A stretch of 64,000 bases of DNA. Source: Candidatus Saccharimonadota bacterium (GTDB lineage Bacteria > Patescibacteriota > Saccharimonadia > Saccharimonadales > Saccharimonadaceae). The notes below the pieces were generated by a model, which was not told the origin of the DNA, ran no database searches, and saw only the letters and a program-made list of their open reading frames with translations. Both the position numbers and the translations under genes were made by a program. Below are positions 18,464-27,381 of the stretch, in pieces. The stretch is taken from NCBI GenBank assembly GCA_017556795.1, contig JAFYLZ010000001.1:55499-119498 (forward strand), read 5' to 3'. Numbering within the stretch: position 1 is the first letter of the stretch; each line of letters starts with the position of its first letter.

Positions 18464-18963
18464 TTGAGCTCCTCGATTGAACCATTAATATCATCTAGCG
18501 CACGGTGCATATCGCGCTTCGTGAACTTCTTGCCAAGTGCGTTTTCGAAATACACCTTCCATGCCGACACATCGAGCATACGATAATGCAATTTAGCAGA
18601 CAGCTTCGGCCATTCTTTATCAATAAATTTGCGATCTTGATGAATCGAGTTACCAGCTAGATAAACCTCGTCACCAAAATATTTCTTCACGAACTTCAAA
18701 AGTTCCTTTTCAACTGCCTCACTATCCTTGCCGCTAGCGTTCTGTGCCATCAAAGCATCGCGTGACTCTGCGTTCTTCTCCCAGAATTCACCCACCATAC
18801 GTTCTTTCATCAATTCTTCTGGCACTTTTACCACGGCCTCAAACGTCGCAATCTCGTTTAGTTCAAAATCCGTGGCAATGGCTGCCGCTTCAATAATGCG
18901 ATCCTTCTCTGGCGAGAGGCCGGTCATTTCTAAATCAATCCACAAAAGCTTGGCTTTTTTCAT
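18439..18963 (-). CDS. orn: Oligoribonuclease
   Basis: LWIDLEMTGL, AGNSIHQDRKF, HYRMLDVS, HRALDDI. Confidence 0.95.
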   Translation of the reverse strand: MKKAKLLWIDLEMTGLSPEKDRIIEAAAIATDFELNEIATFEAVVKVPEELMKERMVGEFWEKNAESRDALMAQNASGKDSEAVEKELLKFVKKYFGDEVYLAGNSIHQDRKFIDKEWPKLSAKLHYRMLDVSAWKVYFENALGKKFTKRDMHRALDDINGSIEELKWYTTFLK

Positions 18964-20609
18964 TACATCTCCTTTGGCACTTCAATGCCCAAAATATTTA
19001 AACCATGCAACATAGTTTTTGCATAAGCGGCCGTGATTTTGGCGCGGCCATATTCAAATTCATTCCCCACCACCGGACAGTTTTCATAAAAACGCGAGAA
19101 CTCCTGCGCGAGCTCATAAAGGTATGCGCAGATTTTGTGTGGTGCCATTTCAGCCACTGCCTCAGCCAGCACATCGCGGTATTGAACAATTTTTTTGATC
19201 AAATTCTTCTCTGTTTCTGCAAAGTTTTCTTGCCAATTGCCACTTTTTACGGTCACTTTTTCAAGCACTTTTTTGGCACGTAAACTTGCGTATAGCAGGT
19301 ACGGGCCCGAGTTTCCGGTCATCTTCACAGACTCTTTTGGATCGAAAATAATGTCGCCACCCATCTTGTATTTAAGGAAGGCGTACTTAGTTGCACCAAG
19401 CACGATTTTCTCGTCCTCAGAATCGTATTCGTTCTTCAACTCTTCAGAAATCATATTCAAAACATCAACCGCCTTCAAGAAATTGCCTTTGCGAGAAGAC
19501 ATCTTCACGCTGCCCTGCAATTTCACATGGCCGTGTGTCAAATGCGTCGTGCGTTCCGGTAGCTCCGGGTTCATCTCGCCTACAGACGCCAACACAATCT
19601 TCATGTAATCGACAATGTCGTTCGCCGTAATGACCACCGATTTGTCAAAATGATAATCGTCCCACTTCGTATAAATCAAGCCAACGTCCTTAGCCTCGTA
19701 AGTTGGCAAGCCTTCTTTGTTGATAAACACGCGCGTATGGAGCCCGAGCTTCTCATCGCCACGATAAACCACGGCGCCGTCAGACGTTTCGTAAACGCCC
19801 TGCTCTAAGCCCTTCTTTACTTCAGTAAGACCTCGGCCAGCCACGGTTGATTCTGGATAATATTTATCAAACTTCACGCCAATACGGTGATAAAAATCTT
19901 CAAAATACTGGTAAGACAATTCCCTGCCTTTCCAATAGACTTCGGCCAGTTCAGAATCGTGCAAATCTTTCTCGGCAATCTCATAAACCTGTTTGTTGAT
20001 TGCCACGATTTCCTGCTGGGCTGCCTCGTCATCTTCATAAGCCTGCGTACCTTCAATATATTTAGCAGCAATATCTTCAATCGTAAATTCTTTCGCACCG
20101 GATTTTAGGAGCGCCCACATCGTCTTGCCAACATGAAGCCCCACGTCACCACCAAAGTTCGCACGCACTACCTTGGCGCCAGCATACTCAAACAATCTAG
20201 CAATTGAATCACCGACAATCGAGGTATAAAGATGTCCAACGTGCAAAACTTTAAACGGGTTTGGATCAGAAAACTCACAAATCACTGTCTTGTTAGCGAA
20301 CGCATCGTTCGCCACATTGCCGTCAAAATCGCGCACCAAGTCATCAATCTTGCCGGCAAAATACTTATCAGAAAGCGTAAAATTCAAGAAGCCTGGACCA
20401 GCAATCTCCACTGTTATATCGTCGAATTTATCAGCCAACTGCTCTGCTACTTGGCGCGGGTTCTGTTTCAAAATTCCAGCCAATTTCATCGCCACGTTTG
20501 ACGAAAAATCCGCTCCAGTGTTCTTTGGCGCCGGCGTTACCTCTGGCATCACGTCAACATCAAAAAGCTCTTTAACAACGTTTTTTATCTTTAAAACTAG
20601 TTCCTTCAT
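18963..20609 (-). CDS. argS: Arginine-tRNA ligase
   Basis: FSDPNPFKVLHVGH, YAKD-like TYEAKD, KMSSRKG, GNSGPYLLY. Confidence 0.96.
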   Translation of the reverse strand: MKELVLKIKNVVKELFDVDVMPEVTPAPKNTGADFSSNVAMKLAGILKQNPRQVAEQLADKFDDITVEIAGPGFLNFTLSDKYFAGKIDDLVRDFDGNVANDAFANKTVICEFSDPNPFKVLHVGHLYTSIVGDSIARLFEYAGAKVVRANFGGDVGLHVGKTMWALLKSGAKEFTIEDIAAKYIEGTQAYEDDEAAQQEIVAINKQVYEIAEKDLHDSELAEVYWKGRELSYQYFEDFYHRIGVKFDKYYPESTVAGRGLTEVKKGLEQGVYETSDGAVVYRGDEKLGLHTRVFINKEGLPTYEAKDVGLIYTKWDDYHFDKSVVITANDIVDYMKIVLASVGEMNPELPERTTHLTHGHVKLQGSVKMSSRKGNFLKAVDVLNMISEELKNEYDSEDEKIVLGATKYAFLKYKMGGDIIFDPKESVKMTGNSGPYLLYASLRAKKVLEKVTVKSGNWQENFAETEKNLIKKIVQYRDVLAEAVAEMAPHKICAYLYELAQEFSRFYENCPVVGNEFEYGRAKITAAYAKTMLHGLNILGIEVPKEM

Positions 20610-20693
20610 TACTGTTATTCTACCACAAAATCAAAAAACGCGTTACGCCATGGCAAATGGCCAAGCCTTAATGCTATAATATAGAAGACACTT

Positions 20694-21239
20694 ATGGATA
20701 TCACATACATCTTTTCTCAAGTTTTCGTAGTTATTACCTATGCACTTCTGATGGCCACTTATCTTGCGAAAAGCAAACGGTCTATTGTTCTGCTCTGCAG
20801 TATATCGTTGGTTACCAATGCTACGGCATACATCCTGCTTGGGGCGTGGACTGGCCTCGCAATGTGTATAATCGCAATGCTCCGCAACCTTTATATTCTT
20901 TGGGACGAAAAGAAACATGGCAAAAGCCAGAAAATCACCAAAAAAGACGTCATCTTCCTCATTATTGTTTATATTGCAATGATTTTAGTTACCATCCCAA
21001 CCTACAACGGTTTCCTCAGCCTACTATCCGTCTTCGCTACGGCACTATACACTTATTCCATCTGGCAAAAAAGTACCCGCGTCTACAAATTCTGCGGCAT
21101 ACCAGTAGGAATGCTTTGGCTTTTCTACAACGGCTATGTTAAATCTATTTTCGGCGTGATTCTTGAATTCGTACTGCTAACTACGTCAACCATCGGTTAT
21201 ATTTTAGAAACCAAAAAGAACAAACGAACAAAAAAATAA
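20694..21239 (+). CDS. YgjV-family inner membrane protein
   Basis: Multi-TM; LGAWTGLAMCIIAMLRN and LWLFYNGYVKSIFG patterns. Confidence 0.75.
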   Translation: MDITYIFSQVFVVITYALLMATYLAKSKRSIVLLCSISLVTNATAYILLGAWTGLAMCIIAMLRNLYILWDEKKHGKSQKITKKDVIFLIIVYIAMILVTIPTYNGFLSLLSVFATALYTYSIWQKSTRVYKFCGIPVGMLWLFYNGYVKSIFGVILEFVLLTTSTIGYILETKKNKRTKK

Positions 21240-21254
21240 GCCAAAAGGCTTATT
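21231..21254. terminator. Terminator between ygjV-like and tRNA-Gly
   Basis: aataagcc-aaaa-ggcttatt. Confidence 0.65.
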
Positions 21255-21257
21255 CTC

Positions 21258-21332
21258 TGGTGCGGGTACAGGGAGTTGGACCCTGGTCTTATCCTTGGGA
21301 AGGATACATAATAGCCGTTATACGATACCCGC
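21258..21332 (-). tRNA. tRNA-Gly(CCC)
   Basis: GCGGGTA/TACCCGC acceptor, TATCC-TTCCCAA-GGATA anticodon arm, encoded CCA. Confidence 0.9.
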
Positions 21333-21350
21333 GACTACCAGTTCATTATA

Positions 21351-22358
21351 TCACAATTCTTCGAGCTCAATTGCCTCGCTAATTTTGTTCTCTTCTTTTA
21401 GCTTGGCAAACATATTATCAAATTCTTTGAATGGCACAAAGATTGATACGAAATCTACCTGCGTATCAGTTTTCTTGATCAATTTTACAAAGTAATAACC
21501 ATCACCGTTGATCGAGATAAATCTGCCACTCTGGCCACCGGCCTCCAACTTAGCAGCTTCCATTGCACGGCCACCATCGATGTTCTTGCCATCAACTAGG
21601 CCACCAGTTTCCTCATATGAAATCTTGCTACCAAGCTCTTCGTACACGGCCTTAAAATCACCGCCGTTTGAGCTGAGTAAGCGCTCCACCTCGCCAGCTA
21701 CGCTGTTAGCATTGTTGTCGAGCTCAGCCATCACCTTAGCCTTGGTGAGATTAAGTTTAATCATTCTTTCGTATTCGCCCTTCGAAAGGCCAAAGTTATC
21801 TTTCAAAACCTTCAAGAAACTCTCTTCGCTACGATCAATGCTACCAACCTGGCGATGCCTATCAAACTCAGCTGCCACTTCTTCGTCCGTCACAGTCACA
21901 TCGTTTTCGTGTGCCAATTTCGTTGCGTAAGCATACTGCTCAGCGTTAGTCAAAGCAATTCTCTTGTATTTCTTTCTGACATAATCAGAATCGATATCGT
22001 TACCAAGCTTACCAGACTGCTGCTCAATCGAAACCAAGCTACTACGATAAAGCATCAAATAATCCGAAAAACGTACCTTTTCCCCATCGACATTTGCCAC
22101 GGATACCGGTACAATCATCGTCGCACGATACAAAAGCTCATCCGTCATCTGGAATTTATAGAGAGCCAGCCAGCCACCTACGGCCAACAAGGCAGTAATA
22201 ATGATACCAATCAAAACCGTATTCACCACCACACGGTGTTTTGTATATTGCAAAGGATATTTGAATTTGCGACCTTGTGCCAACACTTCTTCGCGGCGTT
22301 CCTCGACTCGCTCGAGATCGGTCTTCTTTTCGTCTTTCTTACGTCTGAGTAACTTCAT
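21351..22358 (-). CDS. SurA/PrsA-like membrane-anchored foldase
   Basis: One TM, VANVDGEKV, VTVTDEEVAAEFDR SurA-N pattern, degenerate PPIase-like C-terminus. Confidence 0.7.
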   Translation of the reverse strand: MKLLRRKKDEKKTDLERVEERREEVLAQGRKFKYPLQYTKHRVVVNTVLIGIIITALLAVGGWLALYKFQMTDELLYRATMIVPVSVANVDGEKVRFSDYLMLYRSSLVSIEQQSGKLGNDIDSDYVRKKYKRIALTNAEQYAYATKLAHENDVTVTDEEVAAEFDRHRQVGSIDRSEESFLKVLKDNFGLSKGEYERMIKLNLTKAKVMAELDNNANSVAGEVERLLSSNGGDFKAVYEELGSKISYEETGGLVDGKNIDGGRAMEAAKLEAGGQSGRFISINGDGYYFVKLIKKTDTQVDFVSIFVPFKEFDNMFAKLKEENKISEAIELEEL

Positions 22359-22374
22359 GCTATAATTATAGCAT
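22357..22374. promoter_or_regulatory. Perfect 18-bp palindrome holding two overlapping TGCTATAAT boxes
   Basis: atgctataattatagcat; the plus box points to tRNA-Arg, the minus box is 6 nt from the foldase ATG. Confidence 0.75.
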
Positions 22375-22385
22375 ATTTACATTTT

Positions 22386-22461
22386 GGCCCGGTGGCTCAA
22401 TGGATAGAGCAATTCCGTCCTAAGGAAGAGGTTGTGCGTTCGACTCGCACCCGGGTCACCA
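22386..22461 (+). tRNA. tRNA-Arg(CCT)
   Basis: GGCCCGG/CCGGGTC acceptor, TTCC-GTCCTAA-GGAA anticodon arm, GTTCGACTC T-loop, CCA. Confidence 0.92.
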
Positions 22462-22462
22462 A

Positions 22463-22509
22463 GATTTCGTATTAAAAAGAGAGCTAAGGCTCTCTTTTTT
22501 TACGAAATC
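22463..22509 (+). terminator. Extended hairpin terminator after tRNA-Arg
   Basis: gatttcgta/tacgaaatc and aaaaagagagc/gctctcttttt. Confidence 0.75.
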
Positions 22510-22523
22510 GCAGGTGATTAATT

Positions 22524-23063
22524 ATGGCAGCAGAAGACAGAAGATACCGATTTTGGTGGGACGATGGTATAAATCATCCAGGAGGCGATGATGTGCTTTA
22601 TTTAAAAGGCATAAAAAAAGAACATCTTAGCTGGTTACCAATCGAGCAAGTGCCGGTCACGGAATATTTATCGTTCAACAACCTCGAGCAACCTATGCTT
22701 AAAATATATAAGCGCGTCCAGTGGAGGGGCCATTTCGATGACAAGGGTAGTATTCTAGCTCGGTTTTTAAAGAAGCACGAAAAGGAGATGGGATATGTCC
22801 TAATTCATAAAGACGATTTTCATGGCATCATCGGTGTCGGAGACCACGAAGATTATTACCATGGAGGGTTTGCAACAATATTCAATGCCCGCGAGACCAA
22901 CTGGCGAGACCATATAGAAAACCTCGTTTGTCCTTCGATCCCAATTATTATGACATCGCTTAAAAAGCAGGAGCCAAGCATTTGCTATTGGCAAGGTTGC
23001 AGAGCATTTGCATACGACATTGACAACAGAGACATTGACGGCTGTAGCCCCGACGACGACTAA
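22524..23063 (+). CDS. Hypothetical protein (no family recognised)
   Basis: 179-aa ORF with upstream AGGTGA and a downstream terminator. Confidence 0.7.
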   Translation: MAAEDRRYRFWWDDGINHPGGDDVLYLKGIKKEHLSWLPIEQVPVTEYLSFNNLEQPMLKIYKRVQWRGHFDDKGSILARFLKKHEKEMGYVLIHKDDFHGIIGVGDHEDYYHGGFATIFNARETNWRDHIENLVCPSIPIIMTSLKKQEPSICYWQGCRAFAYDIDNRDIDGCSPDDD

Positions 23064-23076
23064 TCACCACCAATTT

Positions 23077-23107
23077 AAAACCCCCGTGTAGTTACACGAG
23101 GGTTTTT
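23077..23107. terminator. Bidirectional terminator
   Basis: aaaaccc.cgtgt-agtt-acacg.gggtttt. Confidence 0.7.
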
Positions 23108-23112
23108 CTTAA

Positions 23113-23448
23113 TCAATCGATGTACTCCAGCTCGCCTATTCCCTCATATTTATTAGGGCTAAGCAGCAACCGCTCTTTGGCCGAGATAGGCGGCACGTAA
23201 TGACCTTTTACTTTCCGCCCCACATTATCAGTAGCAGTGAATTGCACCGTCTTTTCATCGTCCATGCAAGCTAAACTGTTAATCCGCAAGTAGATCTTCA
23301 ACCTGTCACCATATTCCCGGTTAACAATAAAGCATACCGTAGCCTTGCTGTCGTCGTATGGTTCTTCTTTTGGTCTTCTTTTTTTCTTTAGCCAAGCCTT
23401 AAAACTTCCGTTTAACTGTTTTCGGTCTGGCCCTCTCACGATTACCAT
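23113..23448 (-). CDS. Hypothetical basic protein
   Basis: ATG 23448 preceded by AAGGGGGTGA; follows the upstream ORF closely. Confidence 0.6.
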   Translation of the reverse strand: MVIVRGPDRKQLNGSFKAWLKKKRRPKEEPYDDSKATVCFIVNREYGDRLKIYLRINSLACMDDEKTVQFTATDNVGRKVKGHYVPPISAKERLLLSPNKYEGIGELEYID

Positions 23449-23462
23449 TAACTCACCCCCTT

Positions 23463-23729
23463 TTAGACCATGACATAACCTTCTTTTGCCTCCGGATTCC
23501 AAAGACCTCTTACCTCAACGTGTCCGTCGTCAAAAATGCCGGTAAAGAAAAACCCTTCACCAGGACTTTCGACCAGCACCACAATCCTCAACGGATAGAG
23601 AAGCTCTTCCGTAGCAACGTGCACGTAAAGCGGGTCTTCGTCATTGCGCAGAGCGTAACTTTTTTCTAAGTCCTCTTTAGTAGGCCCAGTTATTATTTTT
23701 ACTTGCTTTCGTACAATTGATGATTCCAA
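23463..23729 (-). CDS. Hypothetical protein
   Basis: TTG start after GGAAGGGGGA and an upstream TGGTATAAT. Confidence 0.55.
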   Translation of the reverse strand: MESSIVRKQVKIITGPTKEDLEKSYALRNDEDPLYVHVATEELLYPLRIVVLVESPGEGFFFTGIFDDGHVEVRGLWNPEAKEGYVMV

Positions 23730-23807
23730 AGTGCATCATCCCCCTTCCACCAAAATGATATCTTTTGATTATACCACATTTTGAGCACTTTTTCAAACGC
23801 GTAAGCA

Positions 23808-25073
23808 CTATCGGCCAAGCACATACTCAAGATAGTCGTATTTTCGTCTAATCCAATCAATTAGATAATCCGTCTCTTCCGCGGTATCATAAATTGCCCA
23901 TCTATCGGCATCATTCAAAGATTCTTCCCTAATCGCCGCTGCACGAGCCTTTAGCCAGCTTAGGAACTCGCCGCTTCTGCCTGCCAGCTTTTCTTTGAAC
24001 ACGGATTTTACTTCATCCATAAATTCCGGCATATCGATCAAATAATAAATCTCCTTGGCTGACGTAGTTTGCTTAAGTACATCTCTGTGAAAATTCGATG
24101 TATACGGTGAATAAACAATTTCTTCAGCCTCCGGAGACCACCTGCGGTTCGCAAATGCATAGTCATAATCCCAAGCTGGCCCAGCGTGGATTTTGTCTTC
24201 CGGACCATCTTTATAGAAATAATAACTAGAATAATACGCATCTGGATTATTCGAAAATTCGCTAATCAAATAGTACTCGGCAAACGACCTCGTATCTACA
24301 ATCTCCGAAATCCAGTTCCAATCCTTTGCTCTTGCTGCATCTTCGAAACGATTGTAACTATCCATAAAGCCATCCACGGCCTCCGCCACGATATCCGCCT
24401 CTTCATCCTCATCTGCTACCGGATCCTTCAAGGTCATACAAGTGCCATACTTAGTATCAAAGCATTCCTCCGTATCACGGTGCAGAATGTCGATCTCCAT
24501 CAATACACCCAACTTATCCTGCAATTCTACCGAACCTTTCTTGGCTTCCATCTTGTGCGTCAAATAATAAAGCCCGAGGTAATCTTCACCTACCATCACT
24601 TTGACGAATTCACCTCTATTCGCATACTCCTCACCTAACATGTTTGCTAACTTAAAAGCTATGTCGTTTCGCAAATTCGAATCGTCAAAATAATTCGCTA
24701 GAAACACCCATTTCTTAGCCGAACCCAAACCCAATAAATCCACCGACTCGGAAAACTTCAACTGGAACGGCGACTTTGCCTGGCCCCAAGTTGAATTTCC
24801 ACGCCCCTTTAGTTCAACGTTTTCATAAGTCGTCGTAGCACCATCAACCGTAAAATCTACTGTGTTCCCCTTGTATTTTTTATCCTTGGCTCCACTCTTG
24901 AACTCATCATAAGTCACATCCTTCAGGCCAAGATTGATCGTCGGTATCTCTACCTTTTTCGGCTCCGCCTTTGGCCCAAACATGCGCACAGCAATCAGCA
25001 CAAAAAATCCCGCGCACAGCGCGAGAAGCAAAATAACAATAATATCACTACCCCTTTTAAACACCCTTTTCAT
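23808..25073 (-). CDS. CotH kinase family protein with N-terminal TM anchor
   Basis: LKGRGNSTW, KSPFQLKF, KKWVFLANYFD, YLGLYYLT, AGPAWDYDYAF; start 6 nt after TGGTATACT. Confidence 0.9.
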   Translation of the reverse strand: MKRVFKRGSDIIVILLLALCAGFFVLIAVRMFGPKAEPKKVEIPTINLGLKDVTYDEFKSGAKDKKYKGNTVDFTVDGATTTYENVELKGRGNSTWGQAKSPFQLKFSESVDLLGLGSAKKWVFLANYFDDSNLRNDIAFKLANMLGEEYANRGEFVKVMVGEDYLGLYYLTHKMEAKKGSVELQDKLGVLMEIDILHRDTEECFDTKYGTCMTLKDPVADEDEEADIVAEAVDGFMDSYNRFEDAARAKDWNWISEIVDTRSFAEYYLISEFSNNPDAYYSSYYFYKDGPEDKIHAGPAWDYDYAFANRRWSPEAEEIVYSPYTSNFHRDVLKQTTSAKEIYYLIDMPEFMDEVKSVFKEKLAGRSGEFLSWLKARAAAIREESLNDADRWAIYDTAEETDYLIDWIRRKYDYLEYVLGR

Positions 25074-25093
25074 ACCATCAGTATACCATAAGC

Positions 25094-25124
25094 AAAAAGA
25101 ACCCCACAAGGGGGTTCTTTCTTT
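25094..25124. terminator. Terminator after ndk
   Basis: aaagaacccc/ggggttcttt. Confidence 0.75.
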
Positions 25125-25135
25125 GAACAATATTT

Positions 25136-25651
25136 TTAACGAGTGTACTTTTCGTTCAAATCTGAATAGTCGTAAAGCTCGTTCTCGTTGAACCAAAGGT
25201 TGATCTCAGCCTTGGCTTCTTCGAGAGAGCCAGAAGCGTGCACCAAGTTTGGCACACCAGTTCCCTTGGCATCAGAGTAACCAAAGCTCATGTGTGAGAA
25301 GTCACCACGAATTGTACCCATTTCTGCAGACTTTGGTTCGGTTGGGCCAACGATCTTACGAACGAGTGGTTGAGCCTCAACACCTTCGAGCACCATCGCA
25401 ATCACTGGGCCAGTCATCATGTATTCAACATTGTATTTGAAAACTTGTTCGCCACGGCGAGTAATCATTTTGCCGATGTCTTCGTAGTGCATGCGATAAA
25501 GTTTTTCATCTGGCATCACCATTTTCATACCAACGATCTTAAGACCGACACGCTCAAAACGCTGAACGATTTCGCCGATAATACCGCGTTGGACTGTATC
25601 TGGTTTCAAAACCACAAGTGTACGCTGGATATAGTCTTTTGAACTTACCAT
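25136..25651 (-). CDS. ndk: Nucleoside diphosphate kinase
   Basis: RTLVVLKPD, GTIRGDF, NLVHASGS. Confidence 0.96.
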   Translation of the reverse strand: MVSSKDYIQRTLVVLKPDTVQRGIIGEIVQRFERVGLKIVGMKMVMPDEKLYRMHYEDIGKMITRRGEQVFKYNVEYMMTGPVIAMVLEGVEAQPLVRKIVGPTEPKSAEMGTIRGDFSHMSFGYSDAKGTGVPNLVHASGSLEEAKAEINLWFNENELYDYSDLNEKYTR

Positions 25652-25696
25652 ATATTCTCCTTTTAGCTTTCGTAAATTATATCATATAATATAGTT

Positions 25697-26632
25697 ATGT
25701 ACGTATCTGATTTAGTTGAAGATTTTCTCGAAGCACTCGAAATCGAATCTGGCCGTTCCAAGAAGACCGTCGAAAATTACCGACTCTATCTCTATCGTTT
25801 TGTCGAAATCGCCACCGAAATTTTGGACCGCGATCTCAAACCTGCCGATATCACCCCAGAGTTGCTTCGCAAATTCCGCCTCAAACTCAATCGCTACGAA
25901 TCTCCAAACGGCGACGAAAATCTCGCCATCATCACTCAGTCTTATCATCTAATCGCGCTCCGTGGTTTCCTGAAATATCTCGCCAAACGCGAAATCAAAA
26001 GCCTTGATCCTTCCCTGGTTGAATTGCCACACATCATCCGAAAACAGGTGACCTTCCTCACTGTTGACGAAGTCGAACGTTTACTAAACCAAATCGACCT
26101 CTCTTCTGAATCCGGCCTCAGGGACCGCGCCATTATTGAGCTGCTTTATTCTGGCGGCCTCCGCGTTTCCGAGCTCATCAATCTCAATCGCGATTCAATC
26201 AATCTTGAGCGTCGCGAATTCGTCGTCCGCGGTAAAGGCAGCAAAGACCGTCCAATCTTTATTTCCGAAGCCGCCGCCGACCGCATCGCCGAATACCTCG
26301 GCGCACGTAGTGATTCCCTTCCTGCTCTCTTTTTAAACAACAGTAAGAATACCGGCACCGTCGACACTTCTGGTAATCATCGCCGTCTCACCGCTCGCTC
26401 GGTCGAACGCATCATCGAAAAATATGCTCGCATGGCCGGCATCACCAAGCATGTCAGCCCACACACGCTCAGGCATTCCTTCGCTACGGACCTCCTCATG
26501 AACGGCGCAGACCTTCGCTCGGTTCAATCCCTGCTCGGCCATGCCGATGTTTCGACCACCCAAATCTATACCCACGTCACGGACCATCATCTCAAAGAGA
26601 TTCACGACAAATTCCACAGCGAAACTAATTAA
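25697..26632 (+). CDS. XerC/XerD-like tyrosine recombinase
   Basis: RDRAIIELLYSGGLRVSEL, GKGSKDR, SPHTLRHSFAT, LLGHADVSTTQIYTH. Confidence 0.92.
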   Translation: MYVSDLVEDFLEALEIESGRSKKTVENYRLYLYRFVEIATEILDRDLKPADITPELLRKFRLKLNRYESPNGDENLAIITQSYHLIALRGFLKYLAKREIKSLDPSLVELPHIIRKQVTFLTVDEVERLLNQIDLSSESGLRDRAIIELLYSGGLRVSELINLNRDSINLERREFVVRGKGSKDRPIFISEAAADRIAEYLGARSDSLPALFLNNSKNTGTVDTSGNHRRLTARSVERIIEKYARMAGITKHVSPHTLRHSFATDLLMNGADLRSVQSLLGHADVSTTQIYTHVTDHHLKEIHDKFHSETN

Positions 26633-27358
26633 TTATTTAGCCACATCAGGATCGTACAAGCGGATTACTGTCGACACCAAAGTCGGCACGTCCGAACCTG
26701 GCGCTTGCCAGCAAGAACGAATATAAAAATCAAAGAAGGCCGAAGCACCCTTTACGCCAGTCGCATCAACCACATTAGTCTTAGCAATGTCTTTCACCGC
26801 CACCACGTAAATCCCCTCTGCTGCGGTTAGATTCTTGGCAATATTAGTACCCGCATACAAGTCATCACGATTATTGAACATTAACCTTGGATAAAGCAGC
26901 GCCTCTGTAAACATCTGCGGATTCTCCGAACCAACCTGAAGCACACTGGCCGGGTTCAGTTCTGTTCCCTGCTCCGCATAGAGGTTGCGATAATTCAAAA
27001 TAAACCCGTGCTTCTTGGCTTCGCCATTTTCCTCGTAAAGCTCCGCGCAGGAATGCGGCGCAAAAGTCGTCACCGACTCATCATCCGTCGCTTGGGCTTT
27101 AATCTTTTCCCACAGCGCGCTATAAGTTTTCACCGGCGCTTTAACGCTGATTTCTGCTACATAAGACGATTGAATAAACCTCAAAGCTTCCGCCTCGGAA
27201 TCGATTTCGTTTCGCGTCATAGTCGATTCAAGCGCAGACTGGATCTTGGCTGTGCTGTTGTTCATAAGCGCCACTACCGAAATTGCCACCATCGAAAAAA
27301 TCCCGGCTGCAAACATCACCTCAATTAACGTATCACCCACGAAGCGTTTCTTTAACAT
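26633..27358 (-). CDS. Type IV minor pilin (PilV-like)
   Basis: Class III signal RFVG|DTLIEVMFAAGIFSMVAISVV. Confidence 0.8.
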   Translation of the reverse strand: MLKKRFVGDTLIEVMFAAGIFSMVAISVVALMNNSTAKIQSALESTMTRNEIDSEAEALRFIQSSYVAEISVKAPVKTYSALWEKIKAQATDDESVTTFAPHSCAELYEENGEAKKHGFILNYRNLYAEQGTELNPASVLQVGSENPQMFTEALLYPRLMFNNRDDLYAGTNIAKNLTAAEGIYVVAVKDIAKTNVVDATGVKGASAFFDFYIRSCWQAPGSDVPTLVSTVIRLYDPDVAK

Positions 27359-27381
27359 ATCTTCATTTTAGCATAAGTTTT

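Noticed and set aside
22462-23800. att duplications for the islets after tRNA-Arg(CCT) and tRNA-Gln
   Set aside because: No repeat of either tRNA 3' end and no integrase were seen, so they are not called mobile elements
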